Below are positions 48,015 to 58,193 of a DNA stretch of 64,000 bases, one piece after another (position 1 is the first letter of the stretch; the number at the start of each line of letters is the position of its first letter). The notes under the pieces were generated by a model. That model ran no database searches, was not told the origin of the DNA, and saw nothing but the letters and a program-made list of their open reading frames with translations. This DNA is from a virus (taxonomy: Duplodnaviria; Caudoviricetes): IMG/VR virus record IMGVR_UViG_3300035208_002115; one strand, given 5' to 3'. A program made the position numbers and the translations under genes.

Positions 48015-48046
48015 AAAAAACCCAGCTAAATGCTGGGTCTTTTTTT
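48015..48046. terminator. Bidirectional intrinsic terminator
   Basis: aaaaaa cccagc taaat gctggg tcttttttt between convergent genes. Confidence 0.8.
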
Positions 48047-48524
48047 ATCTCATTCTTATCTTTTTTAAATCGGTTTCGTCTTTTATCACATAACAATTTA
48101 TGGTTTTAATACCTAATTTTTTAGCTTTGTATATTCTTTTCCATCCGTCAATTAACATATGAAAATCACCATCCATTACAAAAATAACAGGGTCTTTTAA
48201 TTCTTCTTCAGTTATATTATTTGCTATTTTTCTATCAACGGATATCCCGATTTTTGTTTTATAGCTTTTACCATCTTCTCTTTCATCATTCTGAACTTGA
48301 ACACCATTTTCATCAAATGTTCTTGATACTAATTCATAAAAATCATCCACAGGTAGTTCATAATATGAACCATCTTCCTGAAGATATTTCTCAGGATTAT
48401 TTCTAATTAAATCCCAAGCCATTTCAACATCATATCCTTTTGTTAAAAAATGAAAATATTCACCTTTTGTTGTTTCTGCTGGTTTATATCTTTCAAAAAT
48501 TTCATATTTTTTTAAATATATCAT
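48045..48524 (-). CDS. ParB/Srx-like domain protein with capsid-targeting-like leader
   Basis: DPVIFV...MLIDGWKRIYKAKKLGIKTINCYV; leader MIYLKKYEIFE. Confidence 0.7.
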   Translation of the reverse strand: MIYLKKYEIFERYKPAETTKGEYFHFLTKGYDVEMAWDLIRNNPEKYLQEDGSYYELPVDDFYELVSRTFDENGVQVQNDEREDGKSYKTKIGISVDRKIANNITEEELKDPVIFVMDGDFHMLIDGWKRIYKAKKLGIKTINCYVIKDETDLKKIRMR

Positions 48525-48540
48525 GATTTAATTTTTTTGA

Positions 48541-48560
48541 TTTTTAATATATATTAAAAA
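48541..48560. promoter_or_regulatory. Perfect 20-bp palindrome carrying back-to-back AATATATA motifs
   Basis: tttttaatatatattaaaaa between divergent genes 48524(-) and 48574(+). Confidence 0.55.
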
Positions 48561-48573
48561 GAAAAAATATAAA

Positions 48574-50841
48574 ATGCCCAACCTCAATGCCGAAATTTTA
48601 TTGAAAGCTGTTGAATTTTCACCTGCAAGTATAATTATTACAGATAAAGAAGGCTTGGTAGAATTTGTGAATAATAAATTTACAGAAGTTTCAGGATATT
48701 CAAGAAAGGAAGTTTTAGGAAAAAATCCAAACATATTAAAATCTGGTGTTCAATCTGATGATTTCTATAAAGAATTATGGGAAACCATATCCAGTGGAAA
48801 AGAGTGGAGAGGTGAGTTTCACAATAAAAGAAAAAATGGTACTCTTTATTGGGAGTCTGCTTCTATATCATCATTTAAAGATGACGAGGGTAACATATTA
48901 AAATACGTAGCTGTTAAAGAAGATATAACCAATAAAAAAGAGCTTGAAAAAGTGTTGAAGATGAAAGAATTTTCAATAGAAAACACTAAAGAGGGTATGA
49001 TGTGGTTGGATTTAAAGGGTGAAGTTACTTATTGTAATAAATCTTACCATGAGATGTTAGGTTATGATGAGAATGAAATAAATAAAAAATTAGATTGGTA
49101 TGACTTAGTACCAAAAGAATATAAAAGTTTGTGGAAAGAATATTTTAATATTTTAAAAAAGAAAAAAAATATTACACTGGAACATTTTCATCTCACTAAA
49201 AATAGTGAAACATTTCCAATGGAAGCTTCTTTGAATTATTTCAAAATTGATGATGAAGAATATATTTTTATTTTTACACGAGATACAACCATTCGTAGAG
49301 AAATGGAAAATATAATAAAAATGAGTGAAGATAAATTCACTAAAATATTTATGTTCATACCTGATTCAGTTCTGGTAACCGACTTAGAAACATCAGAATA
49401 TTTAGAGGTTAATATAGCATTTGAAAAATCATCTGGTTGGAATAGGTCTGAATGTATCGGTAAAACCATATACGAATTAAATATATGGAAGTATCCAGAA
49501 AAAAGGGTGGAAATGATAGAATTATTAAAACAAAATGATGGTGAATATTATAATTATGAAGTGGAATTCATATTAAAGAATGGGGAAGAAAGAACTGGTT
49601 TAATGGCTGGAAAAATTATAAATTACGATGGAAAAAATAGGTTATTAACTATAATACGAGACATATCAGAAAGAAAATTATATGAACTGGAGTTAGAAAA
49701 AGCTAAAGAAAAAGCCGAAAAATCTGATAGATTAAAATCATCTTTTTTGGCTAACTTATCACATGAAATACGAACACCTATGAATGCCATCATTGGGTTT
49801 TCCGATTTATTAAAAGATAATAATCTTCCTTTGAATGAAAAAACGGAATATGTTAAAATAATAAATGAAAGTGGAGATGAATTATTAAAATTAATTGATG
49901 ATATAATTGATATAGCCAGAATAGAATCAGGTGAATTAAATATAGAAGAAATGAAATATCATGTTGAAAATATCATGATGGATTTATATAATACTTATAA
50001 AAATAAAATTAAATTTTATAATAAGAATTTAAATCTTGTTTGTGAATCGTGTCCATCATCACACATGACATTGGCTTATATTGACCCATACCGTGTTAAA
50101 CAAGTTCTTTCAAATCTTCTAAGTAATGCTATTAAGTTCACTGAAGACGGTATTGTTGAATTTGGTTTTGTAATTAAAAATAATTTTATTGAATTTTTTG
50201 TTAAAGATTCTGGTATTGGTATCCATGAAAAATATAAGAATTTAATATTTGAAAGATTTCGTCAGATAGATGAAAGTAAGACAAGAAAATATGGTGGTAC
50301 TGGACTTGGTTTAAATATTTGTTTAAATCTTGTTAAAATGATGGGTGGTGATATATGGTTAGAATCTAAACCAAAAGAAGGTAGTATATTTTATTTTAAT
50401 GTACCATATAAACCAGCCATTGAATATAAAAATATGGTAACTTCTACATTTAACAAAGATAATTATGATTGGACTGGTAAAAAAATATTAATTGCAGAAG
50501 ATATTCCTACAAATTTTGAGTATCTAAATGAAGTTCTTAAATGTACTGGGTGTGAAATAATTCATGCTGAGAACGGTAAATTAGCTATTGAATATTATAC
50601 CAAATATAAACCAGATATAGTGTTAATGGATATACAAATGCACATTATGAATGGTATTGAAGCTAAAGAAAAAATAAGATTGTTATATCCCGATTCTATT
50701 ATTATAGCTCAGACTGCATATGCAATGAAAAATGATAAAAAAGATTGTTTAAATATGGGGTTTAATGATTATATATCTAAACCGATTAATAAAGTAGAAC
50801 TGTTTAATATAATTAATAAGCATCTGAAAATTAATATATAA
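48574..50841 (+). CDS. Hybrid sensor histidine kinase (3 PAS + HisKA + HATPase + REC)
   Basis: Three PAS/PAC repeats; H-box FLANLSHEIRTPMN; N-box NLLSNAIKFT; G1 DSGIGI; G2 GTGLGL; receiver AED, LMDIQM, KP. Confidence 0.95.
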   Translation: MPNLNAEILLKAVEFSPASIIITDKEGLVEFVNNKFTEVSGYSRKEVLGKNPNILKSGVQSDDFYKELWETISSGKEWRGEFHNKRKNGTLYWESASISSFKDDEGNILKYVAVKEDITNKKELEKVLKMKEFSIENTKEGMMWLDLKGEVTYCNKSYHEMLGYDENEINKKLDWYDLVPKEYKSLWKEYFNILKKKKNITLEHFHLTKNSETFPMEASLNYFKIDDEEYIFIFTRDTTIRREMENIIKMSEDKFTKIFMFIPDSVLVTDLETSEYLEVNIAFEKSSGWNRSECIGKTIYELNIWKYPEKRVEMIELLKQNDGEYYNYEVEFILKNGEERTGLMAGKIINYDGKNRLLTIIRDISERKLYELELEKAKEKAEKSDRLKSSFLANLSHEIRTPMNAIIGFSDLLKDNNLPLNEKTEYVKIINESGDELLKLIDDIIDIARIESGELNIEEMKYHVENIMMDLYNTYKNKIKFYNKNLNLVCESCPSSHMTLAYIDPYRVKQVLSNLLSNAIKFTEDGIVEFGFVIKNNFIEFFVKDSGIGIHEKYKNLIFERFRQIDESKTRKYGGTGLGLNICLNLVKMMGGDIWLESKPKEGSIFYFNVPYKPAIEYKNMVTSTFNKDNYDWTGKKILIAEDIPTNFEYLNEVLKCTGCEIIHAENGKLAIEYYTKYKPDIVLMDIQMHIMNGIEAKEKIRLLYPDSIIIAQTAYAMKNDKKDCLNMGFNDYISKPINKVELFNIINKHLKINI

Positions 50842-50847
50842 ATTATT

Positions 50848-51183
50848 ATGAATTTTATGTATTTTGATAAATATCAAATGGTCTTAGAAAATGCAGATTG
50901 GAGTCTGACGTTTAATGTTGCAGATATATGGCATAAATATTCATCTGGAAACCTTTCATTAACAGACTTTTGTAAATTATACAGGGATTATATTTTAAAG
51001 AAAAAAAATGAGATAGTTAAGCTGTATGGTAATGATGCATGGGTTAAATTGGATGGTGTTATACAAAAATTAGGTAGTGTCACTGATGAAAAAGAATCAC
51101 ATAATATTTTTGATTCTATATATGATTGGGCTGATGCACATGAAGTTTTAATACAGACAAATACAGAACAAGAAGAATTTTAA
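50848..51183 (+). CDS. Putative internal virion protein
   Basis: Leader MNFMYFDKYQMVLEN; AATATATA at 50833-50840. Confidence 0.65.
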   Translation: MNFMYFDKYQMVLENADWSLTFNVADIWHKYSSGNLSLTDFCKLYRDYILKKKNEIVKLYGNDAWVKLDGVIQKLGSVTDEKESHNIFDSIYDWADAHEVLIQTNTEQEEF

Positions 51184-51199
51184 AAATAAAAATATAAAA

Positions 51200-51595
51200 A
51201 TGAGACATATACAAGATTTCAGAACATTCGAAGATAATAATCATAGTGATTACATAGAACAGGAAATAGTTTTAATCCGCTTTGAAGTAACTGAAGATAA
51301 CCCTATTATAACACCCGTTAAAATAATAAAAAAGTATTCTAATAATGCATATCTTGTTTCTCATAATATTGAAGATAGTAATATAAGAAATTTCCCAGAC
51401 CTTAAAATAAAAGGTAGTGATATAATTTCACCTTATCAACAGATGGATTCACCTATGGATAGTACTTGGGTTACAACAAATCCGAGAATTAATCCAAATG
51501 TTTCAGGTCAAATTGCAGGTGGAAATGGTGCGCCAGTTTCGGATATTACTTTACCACCAGCTAATCAACGTCCATCAAACGATATTTCTATTTAA
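51200..51595 (+). CDS. Putative internal virion protein
   Basis: Leader MRHIQDFRTFED. Confidence 0.65.
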   Translation: MRHIQDFRTFEDNNHSDYIEQEIVLIRFEVTEDNPIITPVKIIKKYSNNAYLVSHNIEDSNIRNFPDLKIKGSDIISPYQQMDSPMDSTWVTTNPRINPNVSGQIAGGNGAPVSDITLPPANQRPSNDISI

Positions 51596-51714
51596 TTTCT
51601 TTTGTTCCATATGGATGAATTCTTCTTTATTGATAGAATCATCTAAAATGATATCACGGGGAGTTAGAATTATTATTTGACTTTTTAGTTCACGTTTATT
51701 ATAAATAGTCATTT

Positions 51715-52275
51715 TTATAAGTTTGTTTCTTGTATTAAATTATCACCCTTCGCTAAATAACCACTTCCAGTATACCATGAAACATTATTAATAGTTGCTC
51801 TTGATGTCGTATTATAAGCACCATTCCAGATAACACGAGTTCTAACATCTACTGTGGCATTATAAACAAAATTACTAATAGTAAAAGAAGTATTTGTAGT
51901 TCCAGCAGTCGTTCTCGATGCTATTGTAATCCATGAACCATTATTTATTCTATAATAAACATACGCTGATGATGAACTAATGGTATACAAATATATAGTC
52001 AATGTAACACTCATTGTATTTGGGGAATCGTGGGAACTTCTAAGTATTGATGCATATCTATCCTGTTCCGTAGAATAATTAGTAATAATATATTCACCAC
52101 CATATTCAACCGCACACACATTTTTACTATAAAATTCTGATATATTATGGGGTGCGGTTAATCCGATATCTGTGCTAAGATTAGTTAGACTTGCATCCAT
52201 ATCAGATACAGAACTACGCCAATATTCTGTATTTATAGTACTAATACCAATTTGTCCTGATGCTGGTAATGTCAT
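51715..52275 (-). CDS. Tail-fibre tip / adhesin-like protein
   Basis: MTLPASGQIGISTINTE...ISEFYSK, an N-terminus typical of proteins following S74-capped fibres. Confidence 0.6.
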   Translation of the reverse strand: MTLPASGQIGISTINTEYWRSSVSDMDASLTNLSTDIGLTAPHNISEFYSKNVCAVEYGGEYIITNYSTEQDRYASILRSSHDSPNTMSVTLTIYLYTISSSSAYVYYRINNGSWITIASRTTAGTTNTSFTISNFVYNATVDVRTRVIWNGAYNTTSRATINNVSWYTGSGYLAKGDNLIQETNL

Positions 52276-52290
52276 TTTTAATTATTATTT

Positions 52291-52785
52291 TTAAATATCA
52301 GATATAGTAATTTCTGATGTTGCACAATATGGACTATGTATAGTTAGTTCTTCAAATACTTCATTACCTAGTCCGTCAAGTAATATATCACCTGTTCTAT
52401 GTTCATAAATAACATCACCGTTTTCATCTAATACTATATCACCGTTTTCATCTATTTTTAAAATATCTTGATGATAATAACTATATTTTTTTTCAGTTAA
52501 ACCACTAACAAATATAGACTGTACTTTATTGTGTATAAATGATAAGATATCAGAGCCGTCAGTTGTTCTATTATATGGTAAATCATACACTGGTCTGAAC
52601 ATAAATCCATTAATATCTAAAGAATTTTTTTCTAAATCTTCAATATACTTTGATTTTGATGCATATACAACACCTATAACTCGTATATTATCTGATTTAA
52701 GATTCATATTATATAGCAATCTAAGGTATATTTGTTCTAAAGTAATACCTTTATAATTCATTTGTTTTGTTATTATTAACCCCAT
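52291..52785 (-). CDS. Tail-fibre-associated protein
   Basis: Position; DENGD.V repeats. Confidence 0.55.
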   Translation of the reverse strand: MGLIITKQMNYKGITLEQIYLRLLYNMNLKSDNIRVIGVVYASKSKYIEDLEKNSLDINGFMFRPVYDLPYNRTTDGSDILSFIHNKVQSIFVSGLTEKKYSYYHQDILKIDENGDIVLDENGDVIYEHRTGDILLDGLGNEVFEELTIHSPYCATSEITISDI

Positions 52786-52787
52786 AT

Positions 52788-54638
52788 TTATTTTTTATTT
52801 TTTAAAATATCTATTTCTTCTTTCAATTCTTTTATACTTTTTATCAAAAATGGTATAATTTGTTCATAATTAACAGTTTTATACATTTCATCTTCAGGTT
52901 TTCCCAACAAATTATGTTCTTTAACTATTTCTGGTAAAACTTTTTCAACATCTTGTGCTATTAAACCATAAACAGTTCCTATTGATGATTTCTTAGGGTC
53001 TTTCCATGTAAAAGATACTGGATTTAATTGGTCAATAATTGATAAACCACTGTCAATATTTTTAACATTTTCTTTTAATCTATTATCTGAAGGAACAGTA
53101 CTTGAATATGCAATAATATCACTTTCAGCGTGGAATACCCCTGCACTTGTAAATCTAAAATAATCAGTACTGGATGCAAAAGTTATACCTATATATCCAG
53201 ATGCTGCAAATAAACCATATCCAGTATAACTGGCAAATGAAAAAGATGGTGCTGATGAAGAACCATTAGCCCCTATAAATTTAGTGCTATATGTATTCGA
53301 AAATAATCTTGTACTACTACCCAATGCATATGTATTTGTGCTTTCTGGTGTAATAGTACCGCCTAATGATATTGCATCTAAAGTAGATGTGCCATTTACT
53401 GTTAAGCCAGCAAATGTTGGTGAACTTGATGTTAAAACCGCTTGGTTTAAATAAGTCGCAAATTGATTACCATCCCATAAATCAGCGTCCAGACCAGAAC
53501 TGCTACCATCATTAGCTTCTGTCCATATTTTGTACCAAGAACTTGCTGATGGTGAAGCACCACCACTTATAGTTCTCGTATACAAATACCCAGCATTTGT
53601 GTAATCAGAAATTATCTGTGTACTATAATTATATGTTGATGTGTTAGAAGTATGTGCCATTGTTAAACACCAAAACCAGTTAGCATTGGGTGTCCAAGCA
53701 GCCCCATTAACTTCCCAAAACCCAGATTTATATTGAGGTAATTCTAATAAGTTTTGAGTAGCATTTGCAGTATTACTACCACTACCATTACTACCATATA
53801 TAAATTTAGATGGTGCAACTGATAAGTTATTTATAGAAGTTGATAATGAACTATCGGCTGAACTTACAGTTGAATTAGTTGTAGAAATAGCCGTTGATAA
53901 TGATGTGTCTGCACTGCTTCTTGTTGAGTTTGCAGTAGAAATAGCCGTTGATAGTGATGTATCGACAGAGCCTCTTGTTGAAATTTCACTTGATAAAGCT
54001 GTTGATAGTGAGGTTACACCAGTGACATTGATATTAGCGATAGCAGTACTTAGTGATGTATCACCAGTATCGACATAATTTCTATGAACAATATCATTAC
54101 TACCTGTTATAGCATAAGTAGAATTATATGTCATTTTACCATAAACCGTTCCACCAGATATATTTAAGTAGTAGCCATCTGCGTTCAAGGTTGTCTGATT
54201 TTTCCAAGTACCACCAGTATACACTAATATGTCACCTGCTGATAATGATGTTATCGTGACATCTGTTAATCCAGACAAATAACCACCACTATTAACATTA
54301 ATTGCAGTTGCTAAAGATGAATCTGCCGAACTTCTTGTCGAGTTTGCAGTGGAAATGGCTGTTGATAAAGATGTGTCTGCACCACTCCTTGTTGAGTTTG
54401 CAGTAGATATAGCTGTTGAGAGTGATGTATCAGAAGATGACCTTACTGATTCCTCAGTTGATATTGTAGTTGACAATGTTAATCCAACATAAGATACAAC
54501 CGCACCCTCAGTAGTTAATGCTGTACTATATGTACCAGACCCCTGTGTATCTATTTCACCTTCAAGTCTTATTAAGTCAATCGTTGGGGAAGTATATGTA
54601 TCACCTGATAATTGTATGCTATTGGTTATTAAACCCAT
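52788..54638 (-). CDS. Tail fibre with C-terminal peptidase S74 intramolecular chaperone
   Basis: 18-aa S/T repeats, GLDADLWDG motif, SDNRLKENV...GLIAQDVE...YEQIIPFLIKSIKEL. Confidence 0.88.
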   Translation of the reverse strand: MGLITNSIQLSGDTYTSPTIDLIRLEGEIDTQGSGTYSTALTTEGAVVSYVGLTLSTTISTEESVRSSSDTSLSTAISTANSTRSGADTSLSTAISTANSTRSSADSSLATAINVNSGGYLSGLTDVTITSLSAGDILVYTGGTWKNQTTLNADGYYLNISGGTVYGKMTYNSTYAITGSNDIVHRNYVDTGDTSLSTAIANINVTGVTSLSTALSSEISTRGSVDTSLSTAISTANSTRSSADTSLSTAISTTNSTVSSADSSLSTSINNLSVAPSKFIYGSNGSGSNTANATQNLLELPQYKSGFWEVNGAAWTPNANWFWCLTMAHTSNTSTYNYSTQIISDYTNAGYLYTRTISGGASPSASSWYKIWTEANDGSSSGLDADLWDGNQFATYLNQAVLTSSSPTFAGLTVNGTSTLDAISLGGTITPESTNTYALGSSTRLFSNTYSTKFIGANGSSSAPSFSFASYTGYGLFAASGYIGITFASSTDYFRFTSAGVFHAESDIIAYSSTVPSDNRLKENVKNIDSGLSIIDQLNPVSFTWKDPKKSSIGTVYGLIAQDVEKVLPEIVKEHNLLGKPEDEMYKTVNYEQIIPFLIKSIKELKEEIDILKNKK

Positions 54639-54682
54639 TTTACATTATTTAATTTTTAGTATATATTAAAATATAAATTTTG

Positions 54683-55834
54683 TTAATCTACATCTCCATC
54701 GGAATAAAGTCTAATTATACCACCACTGGAATTCCCATTATAGTGATTATATGCACCAAGAATTATTATTTTATTATCACTTTGTATCGACATACCAGTG
54801 GTTTGACCATCAAATCCACTTCCAACATTAAATGTACTATCATATGTACCATCATTATTTAGCCTTGCTATATTATTAATAGGTGTTACATCATAATATG
54901 ATAAAAATCCAGATATAATATATTTGTCGTCATTTTGTTTTACAATATTCCACGCAGTACCATCAAAACTATAACCACTATTAAAACTACTATCAATACT
55001 ACCATCACTGTTTAATCTTTTAATATAATAATTATTATAAATCACCACAATTTTATCATCATTTTGAACCACCATATCTAAAGCTCCATATGTAGAACCT
55101 GTATAAAATGAAGTATCAAAAGTACCATTTGTGTTTAGTCGGGCTAATCCATAACAAGTATATCCACTGTATGTGGAAAATGTGCCACCAACTAATATTT
55201 TACCTGTTGATTGTAGTCCGATTGAAAATACTGTACCATCAAACCCAGTTCCAATAGTAAAACCACTATCGAGACTACCGTCTGTATTTAATCTTACAAA
55301 TCTATTTCGTGTAGTACCACTATATGAGGTAAATTCTCCACCAACTAATATTTTATTATCTGTTTGTAGTTTTATTTCTTCTACTATTGGAAAAGAACCC
55401 CCTGAAAAACCACTATCAATAGTAAAACCACTATCAATACTACCATTTGAATTTAATCTAATTATTCTGTTTCGAGTAGTACCACTATATGAGGTAAATT
55501 CTCCACCAACTAATATCTTACCATCACTTTGAATTTCTAACGCATATGCTGATGGATATGTACCACCTATACCACTACCTATTACAAATGTATCATCTAT
55601 ACCACCATTTGAATTCAATCTTATAATACCATTATAGGTGACACCACTATATTGTGTAAATCCACCAGAAACTATTATTTTATTGTCAGTTTGTAACATA
55701 ACTTTATACGGTGAACCAGTAAATCCATCACCTGAGAAAAATGTGTGGTCTTTTATTTGGATGTATTTTGATAATATTCTTTTATTACTACCACTTAATA
55801 ATCTATTATTATGACTTAATAATATATTACCCAT
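54683..55834 (-). CDS. Delta-60/DUF5122-repeat beta-propeller protein
   Basis: About 7 repeats of Q.D.KI.VGG.F..Y.G....RLN.DG..D..F. Confidence 0.85.
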   Translation of the reverse strand: MGNILLSHNNRLLSGSNKRILSKYIQIKDHTFFSGDGFTGSPYKVMLQTDNKIIVSGGFTQYSGVTYNGIIRLNSNGGIDDTFVIGSGIGGTYPSAYALEIQSDGKILVGGEFTSYSGTTRNRIIRLNSNGSIDSGFTIDSGFSGGSFPIVEEIKLQTDNKILVGGEFTSYSGTTRNRFVRLNTDGSLDSGFTIGTGFDGTVFSIGLQSTGKILVGGTFSTYSGYTCYGLARLNTNGTFDTSFYTGSTYGALDMVVQNDDKIVVIYNNYYIKRLNSDGSIDSSFNSGYSFDGTAWNIVKQNDDKYIISGFLSYYDVTPINNIARLNNDGTYDSTFNVGSGFDGQTTGMSIQSDNKIIILGAYNHYNGNSSGGIIRLYSDGDVD

Positions 55835-55836
55835 TA

Positions 55837-58143
55837 TTAAACCATTTTATTTTTATAGGTATACACGCCACTATTACATCTTTGAAATTCTAACTCACCA
55901 TTTATATTTATAAACCATCTCCAAGAATTTTCAGTAAATGGTGTTCCTAAATAATAATAACTTGAAGCGTCTATGATTGTTGAACCTGTTACACTCAGAT
56001 TTGCACCATCAAATTTCAAGTTTGATTCTCCAATTATACCATTTACTGTACCATTAGATGTTAATAATCTATCATCACCATAATTAGTAATATTTGTCCC
56101 GCCAGATATATTATTTATAGCAGTACTCAACGAGGTGTCAGTAGATGTTCGGACAGAAGTTTCTGATGATATAGCTGTTGATAATGAGGTGTCGGCTGAA
56201 CTTCTTGTCGAATTCGATGTCGAAATAGCAGTAGATAATGAAGTGTCAGCAGAGCCTCTTGTTGATAATTCAGTAGAAATCCCAGTACTTAATGATGTAT
56301 CAAATGATGTTCTTGATGAAATTTCAGATGATAAAGCACTTGATATTCCAGTCACTGTTATGTAATCAATATTAGTTAAATGGTAATATTGCCCAGATGT
56401 ACCACCTTGTAATCCAGATAATGTGTTGTGGTCAGTACCAGAACCACTCCCAACAGTTGTTGTAGTAGAAATGTTTATTCTAATTGGTGTGGCAGACAAA
56501 CGACATTTACCTTTAGAACCATATGAGTTTGAAGTTTCCCATGTGAGTTGATATGCTATTATAGATTCAGCAATCGGTAAACCAGTCCAGTCAAAAGTTA
56601 ATGGATTTTCAGCTTGTGCCAGTGCTAACGATGAGAACTGGCCTCGACCTGATACTATTGAAAATCTTGCTGTTAAATTCTGGTCTGTGAATAATAAATA
56701 AGTATTATAAAAATTATTTGCTGAACCAGCCGTCATTGTACCATTATTATCATATTCAACAAAACCAATAGTCGTATATTTAAACGGAACTTCAGAAGGT
56801 TGCCATGTCCAACCAGTAGTACTGGTTCTATAATATATATTGTACGCATTTGTTGTACCATTAGGTCTTGTAAGACCAGAAAGAACTTGTATTAAATCTT
56901 CATCTGCTATTGTTGTTTCACTTACACCTAATGTATTATCTGCGTCAGTAGCTGATTGTACAGTCGGGCCAGTTAATACACCACCACTAACGAATCGTGT
57001 TCCAGATGTTTCATGTAAATACTTATGCATTCTTCTATCTATAAGAACTGAATGTCGTTCTTCAGCCATGTGGTATTTTGGAGTATTTGAATTATTCCAT
57101 CTTATAGTAGCAACTGGTAATTTCAAATCAGTTAAAGTCCACCCTGTTGTTGATTGTATTATAGTTCCATCAGTTGAATCTAATGTAATAAAATATGTAC
57201 CTGTTGCTGGCGGTGTACCTGGTAGCGTGACCGTTTTATTACCACTAATTGTATACTTTAACCCACCTCTATAATATGACCAACCACTACCCGTATCAGC
57301 TAATGTGAATGTGTATGTTGTATCATTAAATGATATTGAAGTTTCATTATTATTTAAAAATCCACAACGATTAATATCAACCCAAGGTTGTAAAGTAGCT
57401 GTTGATAATGATGTATCGGCTGAACCTCTTGTTGATATTTCAGTTGAAATTGTTGTTGTTAAAGATGTGTCGGCTGAACCTCTTGTTGATATTTCAGTTG
57501 AAATTGTTGTTGTTAAAGATGTATCAGCAGAACTTCTTGTAGAGGCTTCACCAGAAATTGCAGTTGATAATGATGTATCGGCTGAACCTCTCGTAGAAGC
57601 TTCAGTTGAAATAGCAGTTGATAACGATGTATCAGCAGTCCCCCTTGTAGAAGTCTCAGTTGAAATTGTTGTTGAAAGCGAAGTTTCAGTAGATATCCTT
57701 GATGATAATGAAGTTGATAATGATGTGTCGGCTGAACCTCTCGTAGAAGCCTCAGTTGAAACGGCTGTTGATAATGAAGTATCTGTTGATATTCTTGTTG
57801 AAATAGCAGTTGATAATGATGTATCGGCTGAACCTCTTGTTGATATTTCAGTTGAAACGGCTGTTGAAAGAGAGGTTTCAGTAGATATCCTTGATGATAA
57901 TGAAGTTGATAATGAAGTGTCGGCTAAACCTCTTGTTGATATTTCAGTTGAAACGGCTGTCGATAATGATGTGTCAGCAGTTGCTCTCGTAGAAGTCTCA
58001 GTTGAAATTGTTGTTGATAATGAAGTATCTGAACTTCCTCTTACAGAAATTTCAGATGAAATTGCTGTTGATAATGATGTGATGCCAGTTACAATCATCC
58101 CTTCAACATAAGCTGCCTCATTTATATATATTGATTTAGGCAT
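55837..58143 (-). CDS. Fibre-like virion protein with long 18-aa repeat stalk
   Basis: DTSLSTAISTEISTRGSA repeats; HNTLSGLQGG..GQYYHLT motif; AATATATA at 58166-58173. Confidence 0.8.
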   Translation of the reverse strand: MPKSIYINEAAYVEGMIVTGITSLSTAISSEISVRGSSDTSLSTTISTETSTRATADTSLSTAVSTEISTRGLADTSLSTSLSSRISTETSLSTAVSTEISTRGSADTSLSTAISTRISTDTSLSTAVSTEASTRGSADTSLSTSLSSRISTETSLSTTISTETSTRGTADTSLSTAISTEASTRGSADTSLSTAISGEASTRSSADTSLTTTISTEISTRGSADTSLTTTISTEISTRGSADTSLSTATLQPWVDINRCGFLNNNETSISFNDTTYTFTLADTGSGWSYYRGGLKYTISGNKTVTLPGTPPATGTYFITLDSTDGTIIQSTTGWTLTDLKLPVATIRWNNSNTPKYHMAEERHSVLIDRRMHKYLHETSGTRFVSGGVLTGPTVQSATDADNTLGVSETTIADEDLIQVLSGLTRPNGTTNAYNIYYRTSTTGWTWQPSEVPFKYTTIGFVEYDNNGTMTAGSANNFYNTYLLFTDQNLTARFSIVSGRGQFSSLALAQAENPLTFDWTGLPIAESIIAYQLTWETSNSYGSKGKCRLSATPIRINISTTTTVGSGSGTDHNTLSGLQGGTSGQYYHLTNIDYITVTGISSALSSEISSRTSFDTSLSTGISTELSTRGSADTSLSTAISTSNSTRSSADTSLSTAISSETSVRTSTDTSLSTAINNISGGTNITNYGDDRLLTSNGTVNGIIGESNLKFDGANLSVTGSTIIDASSYYYLGTPFTENSWRWFININGELEFQRCNSGVYTYKNKMV
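57400..58080 (-). repeat. Tandem ~54-nt (18-aa) coding repeat with 11-aa variants
   Basis: Recurrent gttgataatgatgtatcggctgaacctcttgttgatatttcagttgaa; about 13 units. Confidence 0.85.
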
Positions 58144-58193
58144 TTAAAACATATTATTTTTTATTTATATATTAATAATCTTTTTTAAATTAG

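Noticed and set aside
57400-58080. CRISPR array
   Set aside because: Repeats are contiguous, in-frame and degenerate at third codon positions, with no unique spacers
57305-58111. 268-aa plus-strand ORF (and 56135, 56840, 55173, 62858, 63458)
   Set aside because: Antisense shadows of repetitive S/T-rich minus-strand fibre genes
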